From IMG/VR virus record IMGVR_UViG_2693429774_000011: 40,169 bases of DNA. One strand, given 5' to 3'. This DNA is from a virus. Taxonomy: Duplodnaviria > Heunggongvirae > Uroviricota > Caudoviricetes. The position numbers and the translations under genes are program-made. The notes under the pieces were generated by a model, which worked only from the letters and a program-made list of their open reading frames with translations, was not told where the DNA came from and ran no database searches. Positions 39,710-40,169 of the stretch are shown piece by piece. Each line of letters starts with the position of its first letter. Position 1 is the first letter of the stretch.

Positions 39710-40062
39710 ATGTTTTCGAAATGGAAGGGTTTCTTCGTGGGAGATGTGTACCGCGAGATCTGAAAGTAAATGAAACAGATGCTGAATACCTGGTGCGTAA
39801 ATTCGATGCGCTTGAAGCTAAATGTGCAGCACAGGAAAACAAAGTAATACCAGTGTCAACTGAACTGCCACCAGCAAATGAAAGTGTTTTGTTATTCGAT
39901 GCTAACGGAGAAGGCTGGCTAATTGGCTGGCGTTCTCTCTGGTACACCTGGGGACAAAAAGAAACCGGAGAATGGCAGTGGACATTTCAGGTCGGGGACC
40001 TTGAAAACGTCAATATCACTCACTGGGCAGTAATGCCAAAAGCACCGGAGGCTGGAGCATAA
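39700..40062 (+). CDS. yfdS: YfdS-like protein
   Basis: 120 aa, Trp-rich C-terminus, overlaps the yfdR-like stop. Confidence 0.55.
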   Translation: MRMNVFEMEGFLRGRCVPRDLKVNETDAEYLVRKFDALEAKCAAQENKVIPVSTELPPANESVLLFDANGEGWLIGWRSLWYTWGQKETGEWQWTFQVGDLENVNITHWAVMPKAPEAGA

Positions 40063-40133
40063 TGACCACTTTTACCGACAAAGAACTGATTAAAGAAATT
40101 AAAGTGAACCGCCCCGGGAATCCTGGAGACTAA
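40062..40133 (+). CDS. micro-ORF (23 aa)
   Basis: ATG overlaps the previous stop; MTTFTDKELIKEIKVNRPGNPGD. Confidence 0.2.
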   Translation: MTTFTDKELIKEIKVNRPGNPGD

Positions 40134-40158
40134 ACTTCCTGAGAAAGAGGTAAACAGG

Positions 40159-40169
40159 ATGACTAAAAA
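40159..40169 (+). CDS. 5' end of the next gene, truncated by the window edge
   Basis: AGAGG RBS then ATGACTAAAAA at the edge. Confidence 0.3.

Overview
Most of this window (about 2.8 kb to the right edge) is one arm of an enterobacterial lambdoid prophage; the first 2.6 kb is flanking DNA with an IS3 copy. The prophage reads, right to left on the minus strand: immunity region (cro / cI with operators), CII-like and O-like replication genes, nin-like region (PerC-like, LexA-DBD-like, RusA, KilA-N, DUF968), Q antiterminator, lysis cassette, HK97-type packaging and head genes, Mu-type contractile tail and baseplate, and a Pin/Gin-type invertible tail-fibre region, ending at a tRNA-Ser 3' fragment (att). 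A rightward PL-like operon runs into a yfdPQRS-like module at the window edge; the integrase end lies outside the window. The most unusual feature is the tail-fibre switch: it has three hix-like crossover sites and two identical invertase genes in inverted orientation, with circularly permuted repeat units. Several AT-rich cargo genes of unknown function sit at classic moron positions, and a GIY-YIG nuclease-domain gene with its own promoter sits at the prophage terminus. All family assignments are from reading the translations and from memory; no database search was possible.
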